DNA from: Mesorhizobium sp.
GTDB taxonomy: Bacteria; Pseudomonadota; Alphaproteobacteria; Rhizobiales; Rhizobiaceae
DNA length: 64,000 nt
Assembly (NCBI GenBank): GCA_016793485.1
Contig: JAEULZ010000016.1
Coordinates: 155,837 to 219,836, forward strand
Direction: 5' to 3'
Position 1 is the stretch's first letter; each line of letters begins with the position of its first letter. The position numbers and the translations under genes were made by a program. Below the pieces are notes generated by a model. It did not search any database. It was not told where the DNA came from and was given only the letters and a program-made list of their open reading frames with translations. This document shows, in pieces, positions 28,906 through 36,858 of the stretch.

Positions 28906-30720
28906 TCAGCGGACAGGGCTCCACTGCTGGCCATCCCATTCCAGTTCCTCGCCTGTCTGGGGATTACGGGCGCGCTGGCGGCCGGTGGATGAACCAGCAC
29001 CGCGAGTTGCGCCGGAGCCTTTGGGCTGATCCGGGAAAAGCGGATTGGCCTCTGACCAGCGTGCAAGCTCGTCATCGAAGCCGGCATTGATCCTGCCGCC
29101 GTTACGTTCAGCGTACTGCCGGGCAAGCTGGGCGACCTGCTGCTTGCGCTGGTTCAGCTTGCGCTGGATGCCCACCAACTGCTTGTTGCCCTGAGGGGTG
29201 TTCTGCAGGTTCGGAACCTGGTCCAGCACGAAGTCACGGTCGGCATTGGAGAAGCCGGAGCCGAGAGAACCGCCCATGCTGTCGAGAGCAGCCTGCTTGG
29301 CCATGGCGTTGAAGGTCTCGATGCTGTCGATACCGTCTGCGCCCTCGATGCCGAGTGCCTGGCCGTATCGCTTCAGAGCGGTGACGGAACCGGATGCAGC
29401 GCCCGAGTAGAAGCCCGGATCGGACATTGCCTGATCCATCACATCGAGGGCGTTGAGCGCACGCTGTGCCGTCTGCGACCCGTCCTGAATCTCCATGAAG
29501 CGCTTTGCGTAGCCCTCACCGAGCGTCTTGTCGTACCCCTTCTCGGAGCCAACGTTAACGTTGGTGGCGCTCGCCCGCTTCTGATCGAGCTGGTACTGTG
29601 CAAAACCGGGATCGCGCTGGCTGTACTGATATTCTCGCATGTCGTCAGTCGGCTTCACGTCGCCACGACGAAGCTGATCGACCTCAAGCAGAGCTTTCTC
29701 GTAAGCCAGCTTCTTCATCGGATCGCCCTGATCCTGCATGGCGGCAATACGGGACCGCGCCACGTCGATCGCCAGCGGGCGGGTGATCGGGTTCGCCATC
29801 AGCTGCTTCATCAGGGTGGGGTCGAGATTGAAGCCGCCTGTCGAGAGGGAGCCGCCCTGAGGCTGTGGCATCTGACCACTACCCATAGGCATGCTCTGCC
29901 CGACAGCGAGGTTCTCCAGCGCCCCCTGCGATGGCGATGCGCCGAACTGCTGGGCGTAGCGCTCAACCTCCTGCATGCGCGCTGCGGTCTCGCCTCCGGG
30001 CTGATCGTGACCGGCAAAGCGCCATGCCGCGTTCATCAGTTCCTGCGCTTCCTGCGGTGAGCGAGCAGCATTGAGCTTCTGGATCAGCGATGGGTCTTCC
30101 TGGACGAGGAACTGCGCCTGTGTCTCGGGCGAAGGAGAATTGGGATCGTCGCCGGCCTGCTGGGCAAACTGCTGGAGAGCCTGTAGACGTGGACCGCGCC
30201 ACGACATGATGCCGCCAGATGTTCCGGGCTGTCCGGATTGGCTGGGATCGTCCCACTGGCCAAAAGCGTTCTGCGCCTTGAAGCCGCTTTCGCGAGAGCC
30301 GGTCGCAGCTATTGCCGACAGTGCAGCCGGGTTGTTTACGCCGCCGGCTTTGACCGTGCGCATGAACCGACCGAAGATGTCACTACCCTGTGGCAGGCGA
30401 TCCTGCTTGGGCGCTGCAGTCGGCATCGGGGAGCGCTCGTCGCTGAAGCCCCGGGCGACGCGCTGGGACGGGTCCATGCCGATATCGGGCAATGGTGCGC
30501 GCGTGACCTGTCCCTGAGACGGCGCTGCCAGCGAAGCAAGGCTCATCGGCTGTTGGCCGTTCTGCTGCATGCCACCCTGGCTGAAAAGTTGCTCGGTGAG
30601 CTTGGCTGCTTCCCGCCGGTCTTTGATGCCGCGAGAGAACTCAAAACCAGTGCGGAACGCATCGTCGGCGCCACGCGAGTCGGCAAGGAAGTTGAGTTCC
30701 GGGTAGGTGATGTTAACCAC
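28906..30720 (-). CDS. phage DNA-ejection-like protein with tail-lysozyme-type domain
   Basis: AIAATGSRESGF...GIMSWRGPRLQALQQFA...PETQAQFLVQE; Q/G/A-rich; C-terminal ARNPQTGEELEWDGQQW. Confidence 0.7.
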   Translation of the reverse strand: MVNITYPELNFLADSRGADDAFRTGFEFSRGIKDRREAAKLTEQLFSQGGMQQNGQQPMSLASLAAPSQGQVTRAPLPDIGMDPSQRVARGFSDERSPMPTAAPKQDRLPQGSDIFGRFMRTVKAGGVNNPAALSAIAATGSRESGFKAQNAFGQWDDPSQSGQPGTSGGIMSWRGPRLQALQQFAQQAGDDPNSPSPETQAQFLVQEDPSLIQKLNAARSPQEAQELMNAAWRFAGHDQPGGETAARMQEVERYAQQFGASPSQGALENLAVGQSMPMGSGQMPQPQGGSLSTGGFNLDPTLMKQLMANPITRPLAIDVARSRIAAMQDQGDPMKKLAYEKALLEVDQLRRGDVKPTDDMREYQYSQRDPGFAQYQLDQKRASATNVNVGSEKGYDKTLGEGYAKRFMEIQDGSQTAQRALNALDVMDQAMSDPGFYSGAASGSVTALKRYGQALGIEGADGIDSIETFNAMAKQAALDSMGGSLGSGFSNADRDFVLDQVPNLQNTPQGNKQLVGIQRKLNQRKQQVAQLARQYAERNGGRINAGFDDELARWSEANPLFPDQPKGSGATRGAGSSTGRQRARNPQTGEELEWDGQQWSPVR

Positions 30721-30722
30721 GG

Positions 30723-30905
30723 TCAGTTGCTCCTCTGCATTGCGACAAGCGCTGCAGTCTCATCGACAACACGATGGCCGAAGCCGGTGGGAAGTGTCTC
30801 GACGCCGGGCAGTCGGCCGGCACGCGCATCAGCGATGATGCCGCCAATCGGCCGACAGTCGCGCTTGTGGCGGCTCCATAGGGCCATGAGGGTCAGGTCG
30901 CTCAC
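30723..30905 (-). CDS. small hypothetical protein
   Basis: 60 aa; start overlaps upstream stop. Confidence 0.5.
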   Translation of the reverse strand: MSDLTLMALWSRHKRDCRPIGGIIADARAGRLPGVETLPTGFGHRVVDETAALVAMQRSN

Positions 30906-31057
30906 GCGGCAATCCTCCGTGCAGCTTCCGTCGCCGTCTGGCGGAGGAAGTCGGAAAGTGTAAGCCCACGACGCCGTGCGATCTCGATCAGTTGGCGCTT
31001 CTCATCGCTACTGACACGCACCTTGATCAGCTCGTTCATGGGTTTGGTAAAGCGCAT
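30902..31057 (-). CDS. ribbon-helix-helix DNA-binding protein
   Basis: IKVRVSSDEKRQLIEIARRRGLTLSDFLR. Confidence 0.75.
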   Translation of the reverse strand: MRFTKPMNELIKVRVSSDEKRQLIEIARRRGLTLSDFLRQTATEAARRIAA

Positions 31058-31146
31058 GGCTGCCTCCAGATCGACTGGAGGCAATCTAGCATGGCTCGCG
31101 TGTCCACAGAAGTCATAAAGACTAAGTAAAACAACATGTTAAGTGT

Positions 31147-31191
31147 CGTTCAGGGACGTTCACGTGCGTTCGCAGCCGTTCCTGTGCGTAC
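31147..31191 (+). repeat. 10-bp phased CGTTC array
   Basis: CGTTC at 31147, 31157, 31167, 31177 and CGTAC at 31187. Confidence 0.75.
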
Positions 31192-31321
31192 GACTGCGCT
31201 GGCGGTACGCTTGAAAAAAAATACGAATCTGGATCAATGGGTTGCGTGCAAACAGGCAACGAGTGGGCTGTTTTTGCGCAGTGCCGTTATTGCCTTCTTA
31301 AGGAGGATGGGCCATATCTCC

Positions 31322-31400
31322 CCGTAACAACACCCGCCACGCCTCGGACGAAACTTCGGTTTCGAACTGCGCACCCCGGCGGGTTTTTGTTTTTGGCGGT
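31322..31400 (+). ncRNA. candidate abiF-type leader/antitoxin RNA
   Basis: promoter-like TTGCCT (31290)...CATATC (31313); outer stem ACCCGCC/GGCGGGT plus U-run; inner CGAAAC-TTCG-GTTTCG hairpin. Confidence 0.65.
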
Positions 31401-31423
31401 TCAGCAATCCCCGGGATACCGGG

Positions 31424-32326
31424 ATGAAGTTCACCAAGCCATCGCTTTCCATCGCGGAACAAATCGCGCGGATTGAGGCTCGTGGGATGGTTGTTCCAGA
31501 TCACGGCATCGCTACCCACTATCTTCGTCACATCAGCTATTACCGACTCAGGGCTTATTGGCTTCCTTTCGAAGACGCAGCTCCAGCTGATGGGGAACAC
31601 ATATTCAAGGTGGGAACCAGTTTTGACGATGTCTTGGCACTCTATGTTTTTGACAGGCGTCTTCGGCTCCTGATCATGGACGCGATCGAACGGGTGGAGG
31701 TATCTCTGCGCGGCTGTTGGGCGCATCATCTGGCAATGAAATATGGGCCACACGGCTACCTCGATCCGGCGCTGTACCATCATCCGGATCGCTATGCCCA
31801 ATCGTTTACGACCCTCATATCGGAGGTAGATAAATCGAAGGACACGTTCATCCTACACTACAAGCAGAAGTACGATGATCCCCAGCATCCGCCGATTTGG
31901 ATGACTGCCGAAATCATCTCGCTTGGTCAGCTTTCAATGTGGCTCAGCAACCTGAAAGAGCGCGCCGACCGCCAGGCAATAGCGAAACCCTATGGACTGG
32001 ACCAAGTTATCCTTGTCTCGCTGGCGCACCATCTCACCTACATCCGGAATATTTGCGCTCATCACGGGCGCCTCTGGAACAAGCAGGTGACGGTAAAAAT
32101 GATGGTACCCAATTCGCCTGCGAGCCTGAAACTTGCAATGAACCCGGCGTCGCAGGGGCGAATCTACAATACGCTGGCAGTGCTTGGCTATCTGCTTGGG
32201 ATAGTCGCACCCGGTACTCGCTGGCGTCAGGAACTCATAGAACTGATGGATAGCTCGCCGTTGGCGGACACAGCGGCGATGGGCTTCCCGCCAAACTGGA
32301 AGAACATGCCGGCCTGGTCAGTGTAG
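31424..32326 (+). CDS. Abi_2 (AbiD/AbiF) family HEPN abortive-infection protein
   Basis: KPSLSIAEQI, ISYYRLRAY, LYVFDRRLR, PPIW, RNICAH (Rx4H). Confidence 0.9.
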   Translation: MKFTKPSLSIAEQIARIEARGMVVPDHGIATHYLRHISYYRLRAYWLPFEDAAPADGEHIFKVGTSFDDVLALYVFDRRLRLLIMDAIERVEVSLRGCWAHHLAMKYGPHGYLDPALYHHPDRYAQSFTTLISEVDKSKDTFILHYKQKYDDPQHPPIWMTAEIISLGQLSMWLSNLKERADRQAIAKPYGLDQVILVSLAHHLTYIRNICAHHGRLWNKQVTVKMMVPNSPASLKLAMNPASQGRIYNTLAVLGYLLGIVAPGTRWRQELIELMDSSPLADTAAMGFPPNWKNMPAWSV

Positions 32327-32381
32327 GGGGTCATATAGGCGACCTTCGACCAAGCGATGGAGGAGAAGAGGACATCCCGAT

Positions 32382-34118
32382 TCACCTGCTGTTCTTGGTC
32401 GGGCGAACAACTTCGATATCGACAGTCCGGATCGAGCGTTTCGATGTCTTCGTCTCCTTGAGGCCGCCGCCTTTGATTGGAAAAAGCAGTTCGCCTTGGC
32501 CTTCGACGTGCTTTTTCGATCTTCTTGGTTGGCGGGCAGGCATTGTTGATCGGCCGACATCGGGCGGGTCGACAACGCCAGGCACCTCCAGCGCACCACG
32601 CTGAAAAAGCATGTCCACGGTTATAATCTGAATCTTTGGCACGCGCTTCGATGGAGGACCCACATCGCCCTCTGAAAACGCTTCTCTTGTCATTGGGCCG
32701 GTAGGTGGATTGAGGCAGATAAGTACGCCGAATTCGGCGTTTTCCCGCTTAATGACCGACTTCAATTTATGAACCGCATCAACACCCACATTCAATCCGC
32801 CTTTTACGGAAACCACCGCACGGTTGGGCTGTTCGATGCCGACCCGATGATATCGAATGATACCATCGATCCCGCCGTCCGCTCCGGGTTTTTCTTTGGG
32901 TAGGCCTCCTAAGGCAAACACTGCCCACTTCTGAAATTCCAACCAATCTCGTGCCGCCAGAACGCTTGCGTCGTTTGCATCGCGCGGTTGGCCGAGCACT
33001 TTGTAGGTGTCTTTCACACCGTTACCGAACGCTTCGGCCAAGCGGCTCTCAATAACATGTATTGCAAGGTAGGTGACGTCGACCCCAATCCATGCCCGCT
33101 TCAAGCGTTCAGCGGCTTCAACAGCCGTACCACAGCCGCAAAATGGATCTAGCACCACTTGCCCGGGTTCCGTAGCCGCTTCGATTATCCGCTCCAGTAA
33201 CGCGAGCGGTTTCTGCGTCGGATAGCCAATACGCTCCTTCGCTTGCGAGTTCACGGGAAAGATATCCGTCCATACATCGCCCAGGGCAACGCCCGGCCTT
33301 TGGTCCAGATAGTTCTTTAGACGCGGCATTCCACGCTTGCTGTAAACAAGTCTGCCGTCCGCTTCGAACCGCTCCATATTCTCTCTGGAATAAGCCCAAT
33401 AGCGCCCCTGCGGCGGGCGGACGCCTTTCCAATCGTAGGACGTATCGCCGCCGGGCTTAGCAGCGGTGAGGTCGCTTGTGGTGAACTGTCGGCCGGTGTC
33501 GGCCTCCTTGGAGGAATAGTGACTTGTTATGTAATCGTCGCTGAGGGGCGCAAATAGCACCTTCCATGTGCCCCGCTCCGACTTACCGTAGTAGAGAATC
33601 GTGTCGTGTGTTCGCCCGAAGCGGGACAAACCCTGAGCGGCATCACTATGAGCGCTTGTTCTTTTCCAGACAATTTCGTTTCGGAAGCATTGAACCCCGA
33701 AAATCGTATCGAGTAGCAATTTGAGGTAATGGCTGGCGGTCGGATCACAATGTAGGAAAAGGGAGCCGGAAGATTTCAGCACTCTCCGCATTTCCACGAG
33801 GCGTACGGCCATCATGGCAATGTAGGCCATCATTTTGCTGTCGCCGAACACCTTCTTGAAGGCGTCTAATAGTGCGCCGGCTTCTAGGTGCCTAGCGGCG
33901 GTTTCGTTCAACGCGCGCTGCGCATCGCGACCCCAAGTCCAAGTGTCCTCGAACGCGTGTGATTGAGCTTGAGACGGCCCGCCCCGCTTAGTTCCGTAAA
34001 GTACATTGTAGTTGGCGTTGGAGTTGAAAGGAGGGTCGAGGTATATCAAGTCGACCACCTCTGCGGGCATATTTCGGAGTACGTCTAGATTATCACCGAA
34101 ATGTAGTTCGTTCATCAC
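32382..34118 (-). CDS. beta-class N4/N6 DNA methyltransferase with C-terminal Mrr-like nuclease domain
   Basis: DLIYLDPPF, GYPTQKP, LDPFCGCGT; C-terminal GADGGIDG...VSVKGG. Confidence 0.85.
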   Translation of the reverse strand: MMNELHFGDNLDVLRNMPAEVVDLIYLDPPFNSNANYNVLYGTKRGGPSQAQSHAFEDTWTWGRDAQRALNETAARHLEAGALLDAFKKVFGDSKMMAYIAMMAVRLVEMRRVLKSSGSLFLHCDPTASHYLKLLLDTIFGVQCFRNEIVWKRTSAHSDAAQGLSRFGRTHDTILYYGKSERGTWKVLFAPLSDDYITSHYSSKEADTGRQFTTSDLTAAKPGGDTSYDWKGVRPPQGRYWAYSRENMERFEADGRLVYSKRGMPRLKNYLDQRPGVALGDVWTDIFPVNSQAKERIGYPTQKPLALLERIIEAATEPGQVVLDPFCGCGTAVEAAERLKRAWIGVDVTYLAIHVIESRLAEAFGNGVKDTYKVLGQPRDANDASVLAARDWLEFQKWAVFALGGLPKEKPGADGGIDGIIRYHRVGIEQPNRAVVSVKGGLNVGVDAVHKLKSVIKRENAEFGVLICLNPPTGPMTREAFSEGDVGPPSKRVPKIQIITVDMLFQRGALEVPGVVDPPDVGRSTMPARQPRRSKKHVEGQGELLFPIKGGGLKETKTSKRSIRTVDIEVVRPTKNSR

Positions 34119-34256
34119 CGCTGCCTCTTCCGACGCTGCGGAAAATTTACCAAGTTGGGATGATCAGGCGGTTTACCATCATGGTTACCGCCTGCTTAAC
34201 GCGGACAGCTGCGGGTCCGATGACGAAGGCGATGGAAGAGATGAGCGCGAGGTGGG

Positions 34257-34922
34257 TCATCCACGCGCACTCGTATCGCGAACGATCCTGCTGCTCAGGA
34301 GTGCGCGGCTGACGTCGCCGATCGGTACAGGGGATATGGTAGATATAGATGTGCGTGCTTTTTTCACGCCATCAACATCGCCAAACGGCCCTTTATGGCG
34401 TGCATCTTTCACGCCATTGGGGTGCTTTTTGCACGCCATGCAGTCTGGAATGGCGTGCTTTTTGCACACGTATGGCGTGCTTTTTTCACGCCGCGTTTTG
34501 TTTTTCTCGGCTGCTGCGGGCTCCCAACTCTTGAACTCGTAGGTCGGCGTCAGGGAGCGCTCGGGGAAGTCGGCTGGCAGTTCGGTAAGACGCCAGGTTG
34601 TCGCGCGACCAGCGTTTTGGAAACGAACCTTCCAATTGAACGTGCCCTTCTGGATGGCAATGATAAAGCCACGATCCTGAAGTTCCTTGAACCCGACAAT
34701 GACAGGCCTGTTGGAGCAGCCGAGCAGCTCGGCCGCCTCACGATAGGACATCGAGATGTCACCGTTGTTCATTCCGGTGAACTTCGCCCGCAACTCGATG
34801 TAGAGCAGCCGGGCATAGGGACTGAGAGACCGCCACGCGTCGGTCTTGCGAATCCAGTGGAAGAGTTGCGTATAAGCGGGGCCGCCCTTCTTATTGCCAC
34901 GACGGTCCACGCGGCTCATCAC
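34257..34922 (-). CDS. winged-helix replication initiator-like protein
   Basis: LSPYARLLYIEL...NNGDISMSYREAAELLGCS...FKELQDRGFI; iteron-like repeats inside the 3' half. Confidence 0.7.
   Translation of the reverse strand: MMSRVDRRGNKKGGPAYTQLFHWIRKTDAWRSLSPYARLLYIELRAKFTGMNNGDISMSYREAAELLGCSNRPVIVGFKELQDRGFIIAIQKGTFNWKVRFQNAGRATTWRLTELPADFPERSLTPTYEFKSWEPAAAEKNKTRREKSTPYVCKKHAIPDCMACKKHPNGVKDARHKGPFGDVDGVKKARTSISTISPVPIGDVSRALLSSRIVRDTSARG
34351..34494. repeat. five palindromic iteron-like repeats inside rep gene
   Basis: consensus TGGCGTGC-TTTTT-(G/T)CACGCCA at ~34351, 34396, 34418, 34451, 34473. Confidence 0.8.
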
Positions 34923-35428
34923 GCCACCGCCTTTCCGGGAGCGAACTCGCCAAAATGCTCTTTCTCGGCGGCGATGCGCGCGGCAATGGCATCCTCGATC
35001 TCAATGAAATGGCCGAGCGAGACCGTGCGGTTGTCGATGCCGATGTATGCCTGCCATTTCGAGGAAGCTTTGACGAAGGTTACGCCGACACGACCGCTGC
35101 CGGTATCCTTGTCAGGGCGCCGGTTGCGGGCATTCTGGAGCGGAGTGGCTTCCCGGAGGTTCTTCCACCTGTTGTCAGCCCGCATGCCGTTGATGTGGTC
35201 GATGTGATGCTGCGGCCACTCGCCCGTCATCAGCAGCCAGATCACGCGGTGGGCCTTGTAGAGCCGGTAATCGACCTCGACTTGGGTATAGCCGTGGCTG
35301 CTGCGCGTGCCCACCAGTGCACCTTTTAAAGCGCCGGGACGGGCAATGCGCCAGTTCAGGGAACCGGTCTCGGGATCGTAGACCAGAACTTCCTGGGCGC
35401 GTTCGTAGGTGAGGATTGGCTTGCTCAT
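34919..35428 (-). CDS. HNH endonuclease with AP2-like domain
   Basis: YKAHRVIW...IDHINGMRADNRWKNLR; GRVGVTF...WQAYI...LGHF. Confidence 0.9.
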   Translation of the reverse strand: MSKPILTYERAQEVLVYDPETGSLNWRIARPGALKGALVGTRSSHGYTQVEVDYRLYKAHRVIWLLMTGEWPQHHIDHINGMRADNRWKNLREATPLQNARNRRPDKDTGSGRVGVTFVKASSKWQAYIGIDNRTVSLGHFIEIEDAIAARIAAEKEHFGEFAPGKAVA

Positions 35429-35628
35429 CAGACCCTCCCGCCGATCTGTGCCAGCTCGCAGACGACGCGAGCCATGCAGGGAGAAATACGGAAGCGCTGG
35501 GCGATTATTTCCGAGGCGATTTCCGTTGCGGAGGAGGTGGCCCTGGGGTATTCGAATGGTGTCACCGCATTCGAAATTCCGAGGCCGCCGCGCTTACCAG
35601 AGCCGGCGGTTTCGTGTTTCTGGATCAT
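35428..35628 (-). CDS. small hypothetical protein
   Basis: 66 aa, in operon between Xis-like and HNH genes. Confidence 0.5.
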   Translation of the reverse strand: MIQKHETAGSGKRGGLGISNAVTPFEYPRATSSATEIASEIIAQRFRISPCMARVVCELAQIGGRV

Positions 35629-35639
35629 CGGTCACCGCC

Positions 35640-35816
35640 TTACGCCGCAACCGGAAGCGACTTCACGTAGCGTTCAAGATCCTCGACGAGGATAAGCGTG
35701 CTGCGGCCGTTCTTGCGAGGGGTGAGCTTCTTTTCCGAAAAGAGCTTGTAGATGGAGGTCCGAGAGATGCCGGTCATTTCGACCGCCTCCGGAATCGAGA
35801 CTGCGAGCTTGGTCAT
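35640..35816 (-). CDS. excisionase-like HTH protein
   Basis: SIPEAVEMTGISRTSIYKL...PRKNGRSTLI. Confidence 0.85.
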   Translation of the reverse strand: MTKLAVSIPEAVEMTGISRTSIYKLFSEKKLTPRKNGRSTLILVEDLERYVKSLPVAA

Positions 35817-35950
35817 GGGCTTGAGGTTTCTCGCCGGCAGTAAGCCGCCGGTGCGCACCCCGGCGAATACCGGAGCGTCCCTCAGATGCTGCATTTCTCA
35901 GGGCGGGGATAATCCCCAACTGCGAGAAATTTTCGACGGAGTTGCTCACG

Positions 35951-36781
35951 CTACCCGAGCGCTGTCGCGACCCTTGAACGAGAGGGCGGTTTTTCCTCAC
36001 CCGCGAGAACAGCCAAGGCTCCAACGAACCGAACAAAGTCGCTCTGCTCGCCTTCGTTCACGATCACCTTGTTGGCAGTTGCCATGCGTCCGGTGAGTGA
36101 AGTCCACACCTTCGCCACGAGCTTGACGAAGTTCGGCAATGCCGGATCATCCTGCCCTCGCGTCCTGTTCAGGAGATCACCATTCACATGTTGACTCGAG
36201 AATTCTTCGCCCGCCTCCGCAATTACAGAGAGGAGTCTCTCTAGGCTTCGCTGCTGGAAATCCGTCGCGAGCCAAACGCCGCCGTCGTCTATGAACTCTG
36301 AGCGCTCCGGGAGAAAGATGCGCTGCTTGAAAAACTCATGGAGATACCCGAGGTGGCCACGTGCTTCGGCCTTCTTAGGATCGGGGAGCCTATGGGAGTG
36401 GGCCGCGAGCTGTATCAATTCATGGCGCAGTTTGCTTGCTTGGGACGATATCCGGCCAAACATCTCTTTCACATCGTTTGGCCGCATCTCGTCGTCGTAG
36501 GTACTTCGCTCTTCGCGTTCGAATCGGTATTGATTTATGGCGAAGGCCAACCACGGCCATGCGCGTCGCACAGCGACCTGATCTGTTATCCAAGGTTCGA
36601 TCGCCTCAGCTATGTCCTCATGAAGGTACTTTTCACTGGCCTGTTCGAAAGCCGCCCGATCAAGCTGGACTCCGGGCAGATCCAAGGGCCCGCCTAGCTC
36701 TGAATACAGCTTGTCTAGCCTGGACGGGACCGCCGACAACGACGATGGCAAACGTGCCTTCCTGTGAGAAGAATCTTCCAC
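35951..36781 (-). CDS. hypothetical protein
   Basis: long ORF downstream of integrase; GTG start at 36781 chosen from SD-like GAAGG, uncertain. Confidence 0.6.
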   Translation of the reverse strand: MEDSSHRKARLPSSLSAVPSRLDKLYSELGGPLDLPGVQLDRAAFEQASEKYLHEDIAEAIEPWITDQVAVRRAWPWLAFAINQYRFEREERSTYDDEMRPNDVKEMFGRISSQASKLRHELIQLAAHSHRLPDPKKAEARGHLGYLHEFFKQRIFLPERSEFIDDGGVWLATDFQQRSLERLLSVIAEAGEEFSSQHVNGDLLNRTRGQDDPALPNFVKLVAKVWTSLTGRMATANKVIVNEGEQSDFVRFVGALAVLAGEEKPPSRSRVATALG

Positions 36782-36858
36782 CGCAACACCTTCGCGATGC
36801 ACCGATAATGACCGCAGGGAAACCGGGAGGTGCTGCCCCGGCTTGTCGGCTGGCCGGC

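Noticed and set aside
26475-30720. Reading the two large proteins as tape-measure or contact-dependent toxin genes
   Set aside because: No tail genes, secretion system or toxin/immunity layout; motifs fit ejection proteins better, although this was not confirmed by search.
31147-34494. Repeat arrays at 31147 and 34351 as possible mini-CRISPRs
   Set aside because: Repeats are too short or degenerate, spacers are 5-23 bp, and no cas genes are present; they fit protein-binding iterons better.
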